Positions 36,739 to 46,242 of a stretch of 64,000 nt of DNA are shown piece after piece (position 1 is the first letter of the stretch; each line of letters starts with the position of its first letter). A program made the translations under genes and the position numbers. Below the pieces are notes generated by a model. That model ran no database searches. It was not told the origin of the DNA and saw only the letters and a program-made list of their open reading frames with translations. Origin of the DNA: Candidatus Campbellbacteria bacterium (GTDB lineage Bacteria; Patescibacteriota; Minisyncoccia; Phycocordibacterales; EsbW-18); the NCBI GenBank assembly GCA_024653945.1, contig JANLIT010000003.1:30097-94096 (forward strand). Reading direction: 5' to 3'.

Positions 36739-39399
36739 TTATTCTTTGGACTTTGTACTTTGAACTTTGTGCTTACGCAATGCTTTGTGTAGATACTTTC
36801 CTGTGTGTGTACCAGAATCCGCAACTTCTTCTGGTGTTCCGTGAGCAACAACCTTCCCGCCTTCATTTCCTCCGTCAGGGCCTATATCTATAATGTAATC
36901 CGCACTCTTCACAATGTCCATGTTGTGCTCAATGAGGATAACGGAGTTTCCTTTTGTGGTAAGCATTTGGAGTATTTCTATCAGTTTTCGCACATCTTCG
37001 TAATGAAGCCCAATTGTCGGCTCATCAAGGAGATAAAGTGTTTTTTGTACGTGTGTGCGGTAGAGTTCAGAAGAAATTTTGACACGCTGTGATTCCCCAC
37101 CTGAGAGCGTTGTGGCCGATTGGCCGAGTTGTAAATACCCAAGACCTACCTCATTGAGTGTGTTGAGTCGGTCAAATATTGCAGGAATATCATTAAAAAA
37201 TGCGAGAGCTTCCTCAACGGTCATTGAAAGCACGTCGTGGATGCTCTTGTTTCGATATTCAATTTCTAGTGTTTCGCGCATAAACCGTTTGCCATGACAC
37301 ACATCACACCCAACATACACCGTCGGCAAAAAGTGCATCTCAACCGCAATCTCACCTTTTCCTTCACATGCTTCACATCGCCCACCTTTTACATTGAATG
37401 AAAAACGACTTGCTTTCCAGCCACGAGCACGAGCTTCTGCTGTTGTGGCGAACATGTCACGAATATGGGTGAATGCGCCAGTGTATGTTGCTGGATTACT
37501 GCGTGATGTGCGTCCAATCGGCGACTGGTCAATCATAATCGTTCGAGACACATACTCTGTTCCTGTGATAGACCCACAATTAAACGTTTGCGCGGTGCGA
37601 TATTTTCTCTCAAGGCGCGCCTGCAAATTTTTGTACAAAATCTCATACATGAACGACGATTTTCCGGAACCAGAAACACCCGTGACAACAATAAACTTGC
37701 CGAGTGGAATATCCACATTCATATTTTTTATATTGAAGATGTTTCCTCCGCGAATTTTAATCGTTCCCTTATCCGCCGTACGGCGCATCTCGGGAAGTTC
37801 AATTTGTTTTTCTCCGCGCAAATAGGCAAGCGTGAGTGATTTTCCTTTCACTGGAGGTTCTTTTGCGGTCAATAATTCTTCCAAATCTCCGGCAACGACG
37901 ATTTTCCCTCCATGAATACCGGCACCGGGCCCAATGTCCACAATATAATCGGATGAAAAAATGGTGTCCTCATCATGTTCAACAATAATCACGGTATTTC
38001 CAAGGTCGCGAAGATTGTGGAGTGTTCTGATGAGACGATCGTTATCATGAGCGTGAAGTCCTATTGTTGGTTCATCAAGCACATAGAGAGCGCCCACAAG
38101 TCCTGAGCCGAGTTGGGAAGCAAGTCTGATGCGTTGTGCTTCCCCACCTGAAAGTGTGTTTGCACGACGGTCCAGTGTCAGATACCCAATCCCCACATTC
38201 TGCATAAATTTGAGGCGGTCAATAATTTCACGCACCACCACATTTGAGATTTCTTTTTCTTTCTCCGTCAACGGCAAATCAACAAAAAATGCATGGGCGT
38301 CATCTACAGACAAGGCCGTGAGCTCAACAATATTTTTTTCATGAATACGCACGTGGAGTGCTTCGGGACGAAGACGTGCACCGTTACACACTAAACACGG
38401 GTCGTTAACAAAAAAGTCCTGCGTTCCTAACCCATTACATTCTGCACATGCACCATACGGACTGTTGAATGAAAATAAACGTGGTTCAATTTCTGGGTAC
38501 GAGTAGCCGTCATTTGGACATGAAAACTTGGACGACATAAGCACGCCGATGTCGTTTGTTCCTTTCTTTGTAAACTCATCAATGCCAGAAAAGACAATGC
38601 GCACAAGTCCTTGTGCTTCATGAAGCGAACGTTCAAGTGACTCACGCAACCGTTCAACAGCATTATCTTTCGATTCAACAAAATCAACCAACGGAATACG
38701 GTCAATGAGAATATCAATGTCGTGCTTTTTGTGTTTCTCTAGAATAATTTGCTCACGGAGTTTTTTACGCACACCATCCACCAACACCTCCGTATAGCCA
38801 CGATTGAGAAAGTCATACAACTGTTGGTAGTACTCTCCTTTTCGTCCACGTACAATAGGAGAAAGAATTTCGAGTGCAGGACCACCTTGTGCATCAGTAA
38901 TTGCTTCGGAGAGATTTTTTTGCGTACGTTTCTTGAGACCAGCCGATGCTTTAATAATTTTTTCAAGAATAAAATGCTGAATTTCTTCGTTCGTCAAACG
39001 TTTAATCGGTTCACCACACACCAAACAGTGCGGAATACCAATGCGCGCGTACAAAATACGAAGATAATCGGAAATTTCCGTAATGGTTGCAACAGTTGAA
39101 CGTGGATTATTTGAACGAGATTTTTGGTCAATTGAAATTGCAGGAGAAAGCCCGACGATTTCATCAACATCTGGTTTTGGCATTTGGCTGATAAATTGTC
39201 GCGCGTATGCGGACAGTGATTCAACGTATCGACGTTGGCCTTCAGCAAAAATGGTATCAAACGCAAGGGATGATTTTCCGGAGCCAGACAAACCAGTAAA
39301 CACCACCATTTTGTTGCGTGGCATTTCAACCGTAATATTTTTAAGGTTGTGGGTTCGTGCGCCTTTGACGATTATTTTATCGCTATCTGGTTTTTTCAT
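36739..39399 (-). CDS. uvrA: Excinuclease ABC subunit A
   Basis: Two ABC ATPase modules ([10 protein letters not shown].., GVSGSGKSS..), LSGGE signatures, zinc-finger cysteines. 886 aa. ATG abuts repeat copy C. Confidence 0.9.
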   Translation of the reverse strand: MKKPDSDKIIVKGARTHNLKNITVEMPRNKMVVFTGLSGSGKSSLAFDTIFAEGQRRYVESLSAYARQFISQMPKPDVDEIVGLSPAISIDQKSRSNNPRSTVATITEISDYLRILYARIGIPHCLVCGEPIKRLTNEEIQHFILEKIIKASAGLKKRTQKNLSEAITDAQGGPALEILSPIVRGRKGEYYQQLYDFLNRGYTEVLVDGVRKKLREQIILEKHKKHDIDILIDRIPLVDFVESKDNAVERLRESLERSLHEAQGLVRIVFSGIDEFTKKGTNDIGVLMSSKFSCPNDGYSYPEIEPRLFSFNSPYGACAECNGLGTQDFFVNDPCLVCNGARLRPEALHVRIHEKNIVELTALSVDDAHAFFVDLPLTEKEKEISNVVVREIIDRLKFMQNVGIGYLTLDRRANTLSGGEAQRIRLASQLGSGLVGALYVLDEPTIGLHAHDNDRLIRTLHNLRDLGNTVIIVEHDEDTIFSSDYIVDIGPGAGIHGGKIVVAGDLEELLTAKEPPVKGKSLTLAYLRGEKQIELPEMRRTADKGTIKIRGGNIFNIKNMNVDIPLGKFIVVTGVSGSGKSSFMYEILYKNLQARLERKYRTAQTFNCGSITGTEYVSRTIMIDQSPIGRTSRSNPATYTGAFTHIRDMFATTAEARARGWKASRFSFNVKGGRCEACEGKGEIAVEMHFLPTVYVGCDVCHGKRFMRETLEIEYRNKSIHDVLSMTVEEALAFFNDIPAIFDRLNTLNEVGLGYLQLGQSATTLSGGESQRVKISSELYRTHVQKTLYLLDEPTIGLHYEDVRKLIEILQMLTTKGNSVILIEHNMDIVKSADYIIDIGPDGGNEGGKVVAHGTPEEVADSGTHTGKYLHKALRKHKVQSTKSKE

Positions 39400-39495
39400 T
39401 TGATTTCACAAAATCACGTCGCGCAAGTGATTCTGCGGAATTATGTCGCGTACCGTCCACTAAGACGCGACCTTGAGGCGCGACGTATTCTTCAT
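39400..39495 (-). repeat. Start-codon-abutting repeat element, copy C (long form)
   Basis: The reverse complement reads tacgtcgcgcctcaaggtcgcgtcttagtggacggtacgcgacataattccgcagaatcacttgcgcgacgtgattttgtgaaatcaaATG. The second hairpin is TGATTT/AAATCA, a compensatory change relative to CGATTT/AAATCG. Confidence 0.75.
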
Positions 39496-39645
39496 TACCT
39501 GCTTTGTCCCACACCATGGACAGTGCCATTCTTTTTTGGTAGTTGGTGCATCACCAACTGACCACCACTTATTGCACACTCCACATCGAAAATGTGAAAG
39601 ACGCTCTACCGAACGAAGTCCTTGTTGTTGTGTTTTTTTCTTCAT
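39460..39645 (-). CDS. Small zinc-ribbon protein (CxxC...CxxC), 3' end overlapped by repeat copy C
   Basis: MKKKTQQQGLRSVERLSHFRCGVCNKWWSVGDAPTTKKEWHCPWCGTKQV... Confidence 0.35.
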   Translation of the reverse strand: MKKKTQQQGLRSVERLSHFRCGVCNKWWSVGDAPTTKKEWHCPWCGTKQVMKNTSRLKVAS

Positions 39646-39694
39646 ATATGCAGTAATGCCCCCTGTTTTTTGTAGGGGGGGGTACATGGGCAAG

Positions 39695-39760
39695 TATAGC
39701 AGAAAAGGGATAAGTAGGAAGTAGTAGGTAGAATGTAGTAAGTAGTAGGTAGAAAGCAAA
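39695..39760. repeat. GTAG-rich degenerate tandem repeat tract (AGTAGTAGGTAGAA x2 plus variants)
   Basis: Direct reading: aagtaggaagtagtaggtagaatgtagtaagtagtaggtagaaagc. Confidence 0.5.
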
Positions 39761-39764
39761 ATGT

Positions 39765-39810
39765 TGGGAAAAGAAAAAGGCGCAGACTAGGATTTCTCCC
39801 AGAGTGCGCC
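39765..39810 (-). terminator. Rho-independent terminator for 39833..40360
   Basis: GGCGCAgactaggatttctcccagagTGCGCC, with minus run tttttcttttccc. Confidence 0.55.
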
Positions 39811-39832
39811 TCACTAACACCAACCGGCGACC

Positions 39833-40360
39833 TTACTTCGTGGCAGCCTTGCGCCCCCGCTTGGAGGAGTCGATGACAGTCTTGCCCCGCACGACGCTCA
39901 CTCGCGTGAGCCGTTTCTGGGTCTCGCCGTCCTTCAGGATTGCCTTCGCCTCGGCTGAGGTGAAGAGCAAGAGGCTCGTGCTGTCGGGAGGGATGATCTT
40001 GACGGCAGGAGCGTCCCCCACGAAGCTGCCGGTGGCCACCTTGACCTCGGTCGACTTCGACTTCTCGGGCTGCTTCTCGTTGTCCTCGATAGCAACAACC
40101 TGAAGGATGGCGGCGATCATGGCCTTGTCACCCTTGATGAGGTTGTAGTCGACGAGGTTCTTGTCCTCGCTCTTCGGCTTCGCGTTGAAGTTGCGGAGAA
40201 CCGTCTCCGCATCATGGAAGCGTGCTTTGGCTTCCGTGAAGTTCGCCGTGGGGAACTTCACCTCGTACTCGGCGAGTCGGCCCTCCAGCACGTTCAGGCG
40301 AGAGACGAGGATGTCGCGGACCGAAATCTGAATCGACTGCTTCTGAAGCTTGGTGTTCAT
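39833..40360 (-). CDS. Hypothetical 175-aa protein, GC-rich cassette
   Basis: SD gggagaaagaaccATG. GC-rich. Own terminator. Confidence 0.45.
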   Translation of the reverse strand: MNTKLQKQSIQISVRDILVSRLNVLEGRLAEYEVKFPTANFTEAKARFHDAETVLRNFNAKPKSEDKNLVDYNLIKGDKAMIAAILQVVAIEDNEKQPEKSKSTEVKVATGSFVGDAPAVKIIPPDSTSLLLFTSAEAKAILKDGETQKRLTRVSVVRGKTVIDSSKRGRKAATK

Positions 40361-40654
40361 GGTTCTTTCTCCCTTGCGACCTTGGTCGCGGTTGGTTGAT
40401 TTGTTCTACTGCAGAATTTTACGCACCGTTCATAAAATTCTTATAAAGTGCCCAAAATTCCGAAGTAGAACCTCTTTTAAAGATCGTACGTGTACAGTAT
40501 ATCATATACATTGTATTTGTCAACCCCATTAGAGATTTCCCTTTAAACAAGCTAAAAAACCTAATAATATAAAGGTACTTTTGACACTGGCAAATGTAAC
40601 AAATCTATACAAACTCTAACGGGGTCAGGCACCCCTCCTTATACCCTTTTAACA

Positions 40655-40906
40655 TTGAGAAATAAGGCCAAAAGGACTACGTTTAAGAGAGCATTACCAA
40701 CTAACTACATACATATGTCACACAAAAGCTTTATCTCCATTACTACGTTTATTTTTGCGGTCATTGGTATTCTGCACCTTATGCGTGTTCTCTACGCGTG
40801 GAACGCAGTTATTGCGGGCTGGATGGTTCCTATGTGGCTTTCCTGGCTTGCGGTGCTCGCCTGCGCCCTCCTTGTTTGGAGCGGGCTTAAGTTGAGACGT
40901 CACTAA
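40655..40906 (+). CDS. Hypothetical small membrane protein
   Basis: Two hydrophobic helices. Start may instead be MSHKSF at about 40715. Confidence 0.35.
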   Translation: MRNKAKRTTFKRALPTNYIHMSHKSFISITTFIFAVIGILHLMRVLYAWNAVIAGWMVPMWLSWLAVLACALLVWSGLKLRRH

Positions 40907-40917
40907 TAAACAAACTT

Positions 40918-40959
40918 TTTTCCATTATAAAACGCGTACGCGTTTTATAATGGAAAAAT
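40918..40959. promoter_or_regulatory. 42-bp perfect palindrome (20-bp arms TTTTTCCATTATAAAACGCG-ta-CGCGTTTTATAATGGAAAAA); candidate bidirectional terminator or protein-binding site
   Basis: Direct reading. Flanked by T/A runs on both sides. Confidence 0.6.
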
Positions 40960-41064
40960 CAGAATCTCCTTTGCGTTTGACGTAAGAGAAATAGTTTGGT
41001 ATATTCCACACAGTTTTGTACTGTGATTGCCTACTTGTGGGTGCCACATCAGAGGAGGTTTGCG

Positions 41065-41418
41065 ATGGCAAAGAAGCGACGTTTTGCAACGCAGGACCAG
41101 CGTACGAGGGGGGAGATGTTGAATGACCTCTCCCGACAAGGGGAAGAGCTTCGAGATCTTACCAAGGAGAGGGACGAACTTCTCGGCGAGAGACACGTCC
41201 TTCGCCAGGCGAGAGCTGACCTCTTCTTGAACTTTGGGACCGCCAAGCTGGATGTCGCCAGTCTCTCGGAAGAGAAGGCGCACCTTCTGGCGAGAGTCGA
41301 GAACCTCCTAGGGAACGCCGAGGAGATGAGGAAGAGGCACGACGGAGAAAACGAGCGCCATCAGGCCTTCGTCGACGGACTTTCTCTGGCACTCAGAGTC
41401 GTCACCGGCAAGGTGTGA
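41065..41418 (+). CDS. Hypothetical 117-aa charged coiled-coil protein, GC-rich cassette
   Basis: SD agaggaggtttgcgATG. GC-rich. Terminator downstream. Confidence 0.4.
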   Translation: MAKKRRFATQDQRTRGEMLNDLSRQGEELRDLTKERDELLGERHVLRQARADLFLNFGTAKLDVASLSEEKAHLLARVENLLGNAEEMRKRHDGENERHQAFVDGLSLALRVVTGKV

Positions 41419-41454
41419 GTCCTCGTTCGGATGAACAACCTCTCGGGAGTAAGA

Positions 41455-41502
41455 GCGGGACGACCATTCAATTGGTCCTCCCGCTTTGTTTTTTATTTTT
41501 TC
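41455..41502. terminator. Rho-independent terminator (serves cassette gene; T-run overlaps uvrB stop)
   Basis: GCGGGACGACCattcaattGGTCCTCCCGC, then tttgttttttattttttc. Confidence 0.65.
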
Positions 41503-43589
41503 TTTCCCCCCTTCCCCGCCCTCTGTGTAGAATGTGTAGGTTTTTTCTTTTCCAATAGGTGTGTCAGTGCAAGAATTTCATCACGTACAATCGCCGCTGT
41601 TTCAAAATCCAATACCTTCACCGCGTCACTCATTTCTTTTTCTTTTTGTTTGATAAGCTGTTTGAGATTTGCTCCTCCCGCAGTATCAAGTGCCACCAGT
41701 TCGGCGACCGTCGCACCATGTTCACGCAACATATAATCCGTGATGTCTGAGATTTTCTTTTGAATCGTTTTTGGTGTAATGCCGTGTTTCGTATTGTACG
41801 CAATCTGAATTGCACGACGACGGTTTGTCTCACTAATCGCGCGCTCCATTGAGCCAGTCATGGTATCAGCATAGAGAATGACACGCCCGAGCACGTTTCG
41901 CGCCGCACGACCAATGGTTTGAATGAGCGACGTCTCACTGCGTAGAAATCCTTCCTTATCTGCGTCCAAAATACCGATGAGTTCAACTTCGGGTAAATCC
42001 AATCCTTCACGAAGCAAGTTAACTCCCACAATCATGTCAAAACCACCGTTCTTGGAACCTTTTCTAAATTTTGTTAGCAATTCAATGCGTTCAATCGTTT
42101 TAATATCACTGTGTAAATATTCTGCCGAAATCCCCTTCTCTTTCAAATAGTCAGCGACATCTTCCGCCATACGCTTCGTGAGCGTTGTGGTAATGACACG
42201 CGCCCCACTTGCAATAACTTTCTCCGCCTCCGCAATAAAATCATGCACCTGCCCTGCATAGTTTCCTTTTGCTTGGATGGGCCGAACAATCACCTCCGGA
42301 TCAATGAGGCCTGTTGGTCGGATGATTTGCTCCACCACATGACCCTTACTCTTTTCTAATTCATACACGGCCGGCGTTGCCGACGTGTACACCACTTGCC
42401 CCACGCGTTCAGAAAATTCGCTGAATTGCAGTGGACGGTTATCAATCGCCGACGGCAGACGAAAACCAAACTCAATGAGTGTTTTTTTGCGCGAACGGTC
42501 TCCCGCGTACATACCACCAATCTGCGGAACACTCACGTGCGATTCATCAATGACCGTTAAGAAATCGGGTGTGCCGTCTGCTTTTTTTGGAAAATATTCA
42601 AGAAGTGAAAACGGGGGCTCACCTGGCGCGCGTCCGTCAAAATGTCGTGAGTAGTTTTCAATACCACTCACGTAACCAACCTCACGAATCATGGCAAGAT
42701 CATATGACGTACGTCGTTTCAAACGTTCTGCTTCAAGCAACTTCCCTTCCAGGGTTAGTTTTGCAACGTGCTCATCAAGTTCTTCCTTGATACTTTTGAG
42801 AGCTTTTTGTATATCTTCTTTGTCGGACACGAAATGCTTCGCTGGAAAAATAAACACCGATTCAACTTCACTTCGAATCACACGCGACACAGCATCAATA
42901 ATAGAAATTGATTGTATATGGTCATCCGTAAGGTCAATGCGATAGACGATTTTTTCATTCACGGGCATTATTTCAATAGCGTTTCCAATTGCGCGGAATG
43001 TTCCGGGTTTAAGGTCACTGTTGGTGCGCTCAAAATAAATACGAATGAGTTCTCGAATAAAGTGCGAGCGATTTATTTGTGCACCACGCTCAAGTTTGAC
43101 GTGTACTTTTTCGTATTCCTCTGGACGACCGAGGTTGTAAATGCACGACACCGATGCAACCACGATGACATCTTTTCGTGTGAGAAGTGCTTGTGTGGAC
43201 GCATGACGAAGTCGGTCAATCTCTTCGTTGATTTGTGCTTCCTTTTCAATGTAGGTATCGGTAACAGGAACGTACGCTTCTGGTTGATAGTAGTCGTAGT
43301 ACGACACAAAATAGTGCACGGCGTTTTTAGGAAAAAACTCTCGGTACTCTTGCGCCAATTGTGCGGCAAGTGTTTTGTTGTGCGCAATCACCAGCGTTGG
43401 TTTGCCAATGTTTGCAATGACATTTGCCATCGTAAATGTCTTTCCGGAGCCCGTAACGCCCAAAAGCGTCTGGTGTTGCACACCGTCACGAACCCCTTGT
43501 GTGAGGTCTTGTATTGCTTTCGGCTGGTCTCCTGCCGGCTCGAAATGGCTGTATAATTTAAATAGATTTTTTGTCATAGAAACACTCAT
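41493..43589 (-). CDS. uvrB: Excinuclease ABC subunit B
   Basis: 698 aa. N-terminal MTKNLFKLYSHFEPAGDQPKAI, helicase motifs GVTGSGKTFT and DESH, C-terminal UvrB/UvrC interaction coiled coil. Confidence 0.9.
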   Translation of the reverse strand: MSVSMTKNLFKLYSHFEPAGDQPKAIQDLTQGVRDGVQHQTLLGVTGSGKTFTMANVIANIGKPTLVIAHNKTLAAQLAQEYREFFPKNAVHYFVSYYDYYQPEAYVPVTDTYIEKEAQINEEIDRLRHASTQALLTRKDVIVVASVSCIYNLGRPEEYEKVHVKLERGAQINRSHFIRELIRIYFERTNSDLKPGTFRAIGNAIEIMPVNEKIVYRIDLTDDHIQSISIIDAVSRVIRSEVESVFIFPAKHFVSDKEDIQKALKSIKEELDEHVAKLTLEGKLLEAERLKRRTSYDLAMIREVGYVSGIENYSRHFDGRAPGEPPFSLLEYFPKKADGTPDFLTVIDESHVSVPQIGGMYAGDRSRKKTLIEFGFRLPSAIDNRPLQFSEFSERVGQVVYTSATPAVYELEKSKGHVVEQIIRPTGLIDPEVIVRPIQAKGNYAGQVHDFIAEAEKVIASGARVITTTLTKRMAEDVADYLKEKGISAEYLHSDIKTIERIELLTKFRKGSKNGGFDMIVGVNLLREGLDLPEVELIGILDADKEGFLRSETSLIQTIGRAARNVLGRVILYADTMTGSMERAISETNRRRAIQIAYNTKHGITPKTIQKKISDITDYMLREHGATVAELVALDTAGGANLKQLIKQKEKEMSDAVKVLDFETAAIVRDEILALTHLLEKKKPTHSTQRAGKGGKKK

Positions 43590-43617
43590 TCTACCATTAT
43601 TTTGATTCTATAGAATT

Positions 43618-43654
43618 AAAAACAAAACCCGCTTCGGTCAAACCAAAAGCGGGG
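43618..43654 (-). terminator. Rho-independent terminator for 43699..44148
   Basis: CCCGCTTcggtcaaaccaaAAGCGGG, with minus run ttttgttttt. Confidence 0.55.
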
Positions 43655-43659
43655 TCTTT

Positions 43660-43690
43660 GCATCGCGTCGGAATTGAACCGACGCGATGC
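43660..43690. promoter_or_regulatory. 12-bp-arm perfect palindrome GCATCGCGTCGG-aattgaa-CCGACGCGATGC (shares CGCGTCG/CGACGCG core with the repeat family)
   Basis: Direct reading. Confidence 0.4.
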
Positions 43691-43698
43691 GCTGCAGT

Positions 43699-44148
43699 CT
43701 AGAGCATGGCGAGCCGAAGTCGTCGCTCATGCCAGTAGATGCTCGTGAGCCACAGGCCGAGGAGAGCTGTGCCGATGATTGCTGGCCAGAGGAGCCCGAG
43801 ATTCAGAGTCAGAAAAATCGCACCAGCCACCAGTAAATCTGCCACGAGAACGAAACGGAAACGAATCCGCGGGTTGTCGGCGGCGACGATGGCTATGTGG
43901 AGGACGACGAGAAAGGCCATAACGATGGCAAAACTAACAATGGCAAAACTGATGACCCTTGAACCTTCGGGGGGCGAACTGAAAAGATACGCCACTGTCA
44001 CAAAGGCAATCATCCCGATCGCCCACCAAAGCACGAACTTCAGTTGGCTGTTCAGCATCTTTTTTCTCACTTTCTCCGCAGTGCGGATAAACTGCATATT
44101 TAATTTACGATTGGACACAGTCCAATCAAGATCATTCCGCACGCACAA
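43699..44148 (-). CDS. Hypothetical membrane protein, GC-rich cassette
   Basis: 3-4 hydrophobic helices. Internal 15-bp tandem (caatggcaaaact x2) encodes ISFAIVSFAIV. True start is uncertain (MQF or MLNSQ). Confidence 0.4.
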   Translation of the reverse strand: MCVRNDLDWTVSNRKLNMQFIRTAEKVRKKMLNSQLKFVLWWAIGMIAFVTVAYLFSSPPEGSRVISFAIVSFAIVMAFLVVLHIAIVAADNPRIRFRFVLVADLLVAGAIFLTLNLGLLWPAIIGTALLGLWLTSIYWHERRLRLAML

Positions 44149-44169
44149 TACTCTTTAAATTGATTTTTG

Positions 44170-45483
44170 TCAAATACGTGAAATATCGCGTTTGGTGAAA
44201 AGATTGATGGTCCACTCAAGCGCTGTGCGTAATTTTGCGCGGATACCAACAAGCGTGAACAGATACGCAGTTCGGTACACCCACCACGCAAGAGGTCCTG
44301 AAAATCGAACACCCCTCACTTCGGCGACCGCACCCCCTTCTCCGAGCGATAGAATAAATCCCTTGTCGTCCCACTCAAATGGCACAACTGTTTCTCCTCG
44401 AATCGTCCGTACAATATTTCGCGCGGTCGCAATTCCCTGCTTCATAGCAATTTGCGCGCGCATTGGATACTGACACGCGGTACTGCGGACAAGCGCTTGG
44501 TCGCCAAGCACGTACACATCGGAATACTGCGAAAGTCGCAGTATGCCATCAACAGGAATACGTCGACTTCGTTCATCAACAACAACGGCGCCAGCGGGAA
44601 GCCATGCTACTTCCGATGCCTTCACACCAGCGGTCCAAATGGTAAGTGTTGAAGGAATCAGTGCGCCATGTGTAGCCACACCTTGCGCTGTTACCTTTTC
44701 AACATGTGTGTTGAGCATAACCTTCACGTTTGGTCGGTGCTCAAGTATTTTTTGTGCCTTAGCACTAATCCATGTATGTGCTCCTTTGACGAGAACATCA
44801 TTACCATCAAGGAGTGTGATTGAGTGAGGAACGCGCACATCACTGTATGTTGTTGAGAGAAGTTCCATAAAATCAGAGAGTTCACCCGTCAGTTCAACTC
44901 CCGTTGCCCCACCACCCACAACAACTACATTAACTTCGGCGGACTTTCCAATACGAAGATGGTCTGCTGAATCATCAAACGCAGAAAGTATTTTGTTTTT
45001 GAGATGTTTTGCGTCATCCAAACTTTTGAGTTGCAACGCGTACTCTTCTGCTCCTTGTGTATTAAAAAAGTTTGTGGTGGACCCAATGCCCATGATGAGT
45101 GTGTCGTAGGAGTAGTTTTTTGAAATACCTTCAGTCAACGCAACCGTCACTTGTTTTGTGTTGAGGTCAACCGCTGTCACACATCCTTCAAGAAACTCGC
45201 GTATATACGGACCCACCATATTTCTAAGTGAGTAGGTGATGCTGTCTGGACGAAGTAATCCAGTGGCAACCTCATGAATCATGGGAATAAAGGTGAAGGA
45301 ATCGGTTGCCGAGACAATGGTAATCTCAATGTTGTCGGATGCCCGCAGTATGCGTGTGAGGGTCAAATACGCATGAAGTCCCGCAAACCCCATACCAACA
45401 ATGATTATGTGTTTCTTTGGGTGCACTTTCATAGATGCACCTATGATACCAAAATACGGCTTAATAAGAAGCTTTTTGGACAC
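44170..45483 (-). CDS. ndh: Type II NADH:quinone oxidoreductase (NDH-2)-like FAD-dependent oxidoreductase
   Basis: HIIIVGMGFAGL Rossmann GxGxxG, then a second nucleotide-binding fold VVVVGGGATGVELTGEL. 437 aa. Confidence 0.7.
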   Translation of the reverse strand: MSKKLLIKPYFGIIGASMKVHPKKHIIIVGMGFAGLHAYLTLTRILRASDNIEITIVSATDSFTFIPMIHEVATGLLRPDSITYSLRNMVGPYIREFLEGCVTAVDLNTKQVTVALTEGISKNYSYDTLIMGIGSTTNFFNTQGAEEYALQLKSLDDAKHLKNKILSAFDDSADHLRIGKSAEVNVVVVGGGATGVELTGELSDFMELLSTTYSDVRVPHSITLLDGNDVLVKGAHTWISAKAQKILEHRPNVKVMLNTHVEKVTAQGVATHGALIPSTLTIWTAGVKASEVAWLPAGAVVVDERSRRIPVDGILRLSQYSDVYVLGDQALVRSTACQYPMRAQIAMKQGIATARNIVRTIRGETVVPFEWDDKGFILSLGEGGAVAEVRGVRFSGPLAWWVYRTAYLFTLVGIRAKLRTALEWTINLFTKRDISRI

Positions 45484-45567
45484 CCCTTTTTTGAGATAAA
45501 GTTTTTATAAAGTCCTCTTTTAAAAAACTGGACAAGAGGAAAGCTTTTGTGATACAAGGAACACTGT

Positions 45568-46242
45568 ATGAAAATTCTGGTCATAGAAGACGAAGCCATT
45601 ATACGTTCCGTCATACGATCGACCCTCCTAGACGAGTTTTTTACTGTTGATACTGCTAGTGATGGTGAGGAAGGAGCTTTTCTCGCCAAAACCAATGAGT
45701 ACGACCTCATAATTTTGGACAACATACTACCCAAGAAAGATGGTATTTCCATCTGTCGTGAAGTTCGTGGGTGTGGCAAAACTGTGCCCATTTTGTCACT
45801 TTCTGTTCAAGGCGACACCTCAACAAAAGTAAACCTTCTGGATGCGGGGGTTGACGACTACCTTACCAAACCATTTTGTGTGGATGAACTCATTGCGCGA
45901 GTACGCGCACTCTTGCGCCGTCCATTTAAAGCCAATGAAGACACGTTGACCGTTGACACATTAACACTGGACTCGCAACGCCACACAGCACAGCGTGGAA
46001 AAGAAAAACTCTCACTCACGCGTAAAGAATTTATGCTTTTGGAATACCTCATGCGAAATGCCGACTACGCTGTTACCCGCGGAATGATTATGGAACATGT
46101 GTGGGAACGAGATGTTGACCCGTTCTCAAATACCATTGAGGCACACATACTGAGTTTGAGAAAAAAGATAGAACGGCCCGGACGTCAAAAACTTATTCAT
46201 ACGATTCCCGGGCAAGGCTACAAGCTCGCGCAGTGTATATGA
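45568..46242 (+). CDS. OmpR-family response regulator
   Basis: Receiver domain MKILVIEDE..DLIILD..K, winged-helix output YLTKPFCVDELIARVRALLRR. Confidence 0.85.
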   Translation: MKILVIEDEAIIRSVIRSTLLDEFFTVDTASDGEEGAFLAKTNEYDLIILDNILPKKDGISICREVRGCGKTVPILSLSVQGDTSTKVNLLDAGVDDYLTKPFCVDELIARVRALLRRPFKANEDTLTVDTLTLDSQRHTAQRGKEKLSLTRKEFMLLEYLMRNADYAVTRGMIMEHVWERDVDPFSNTIEAHILSLRKKIERPGRQKLIHTIPGQGYKLAQCI

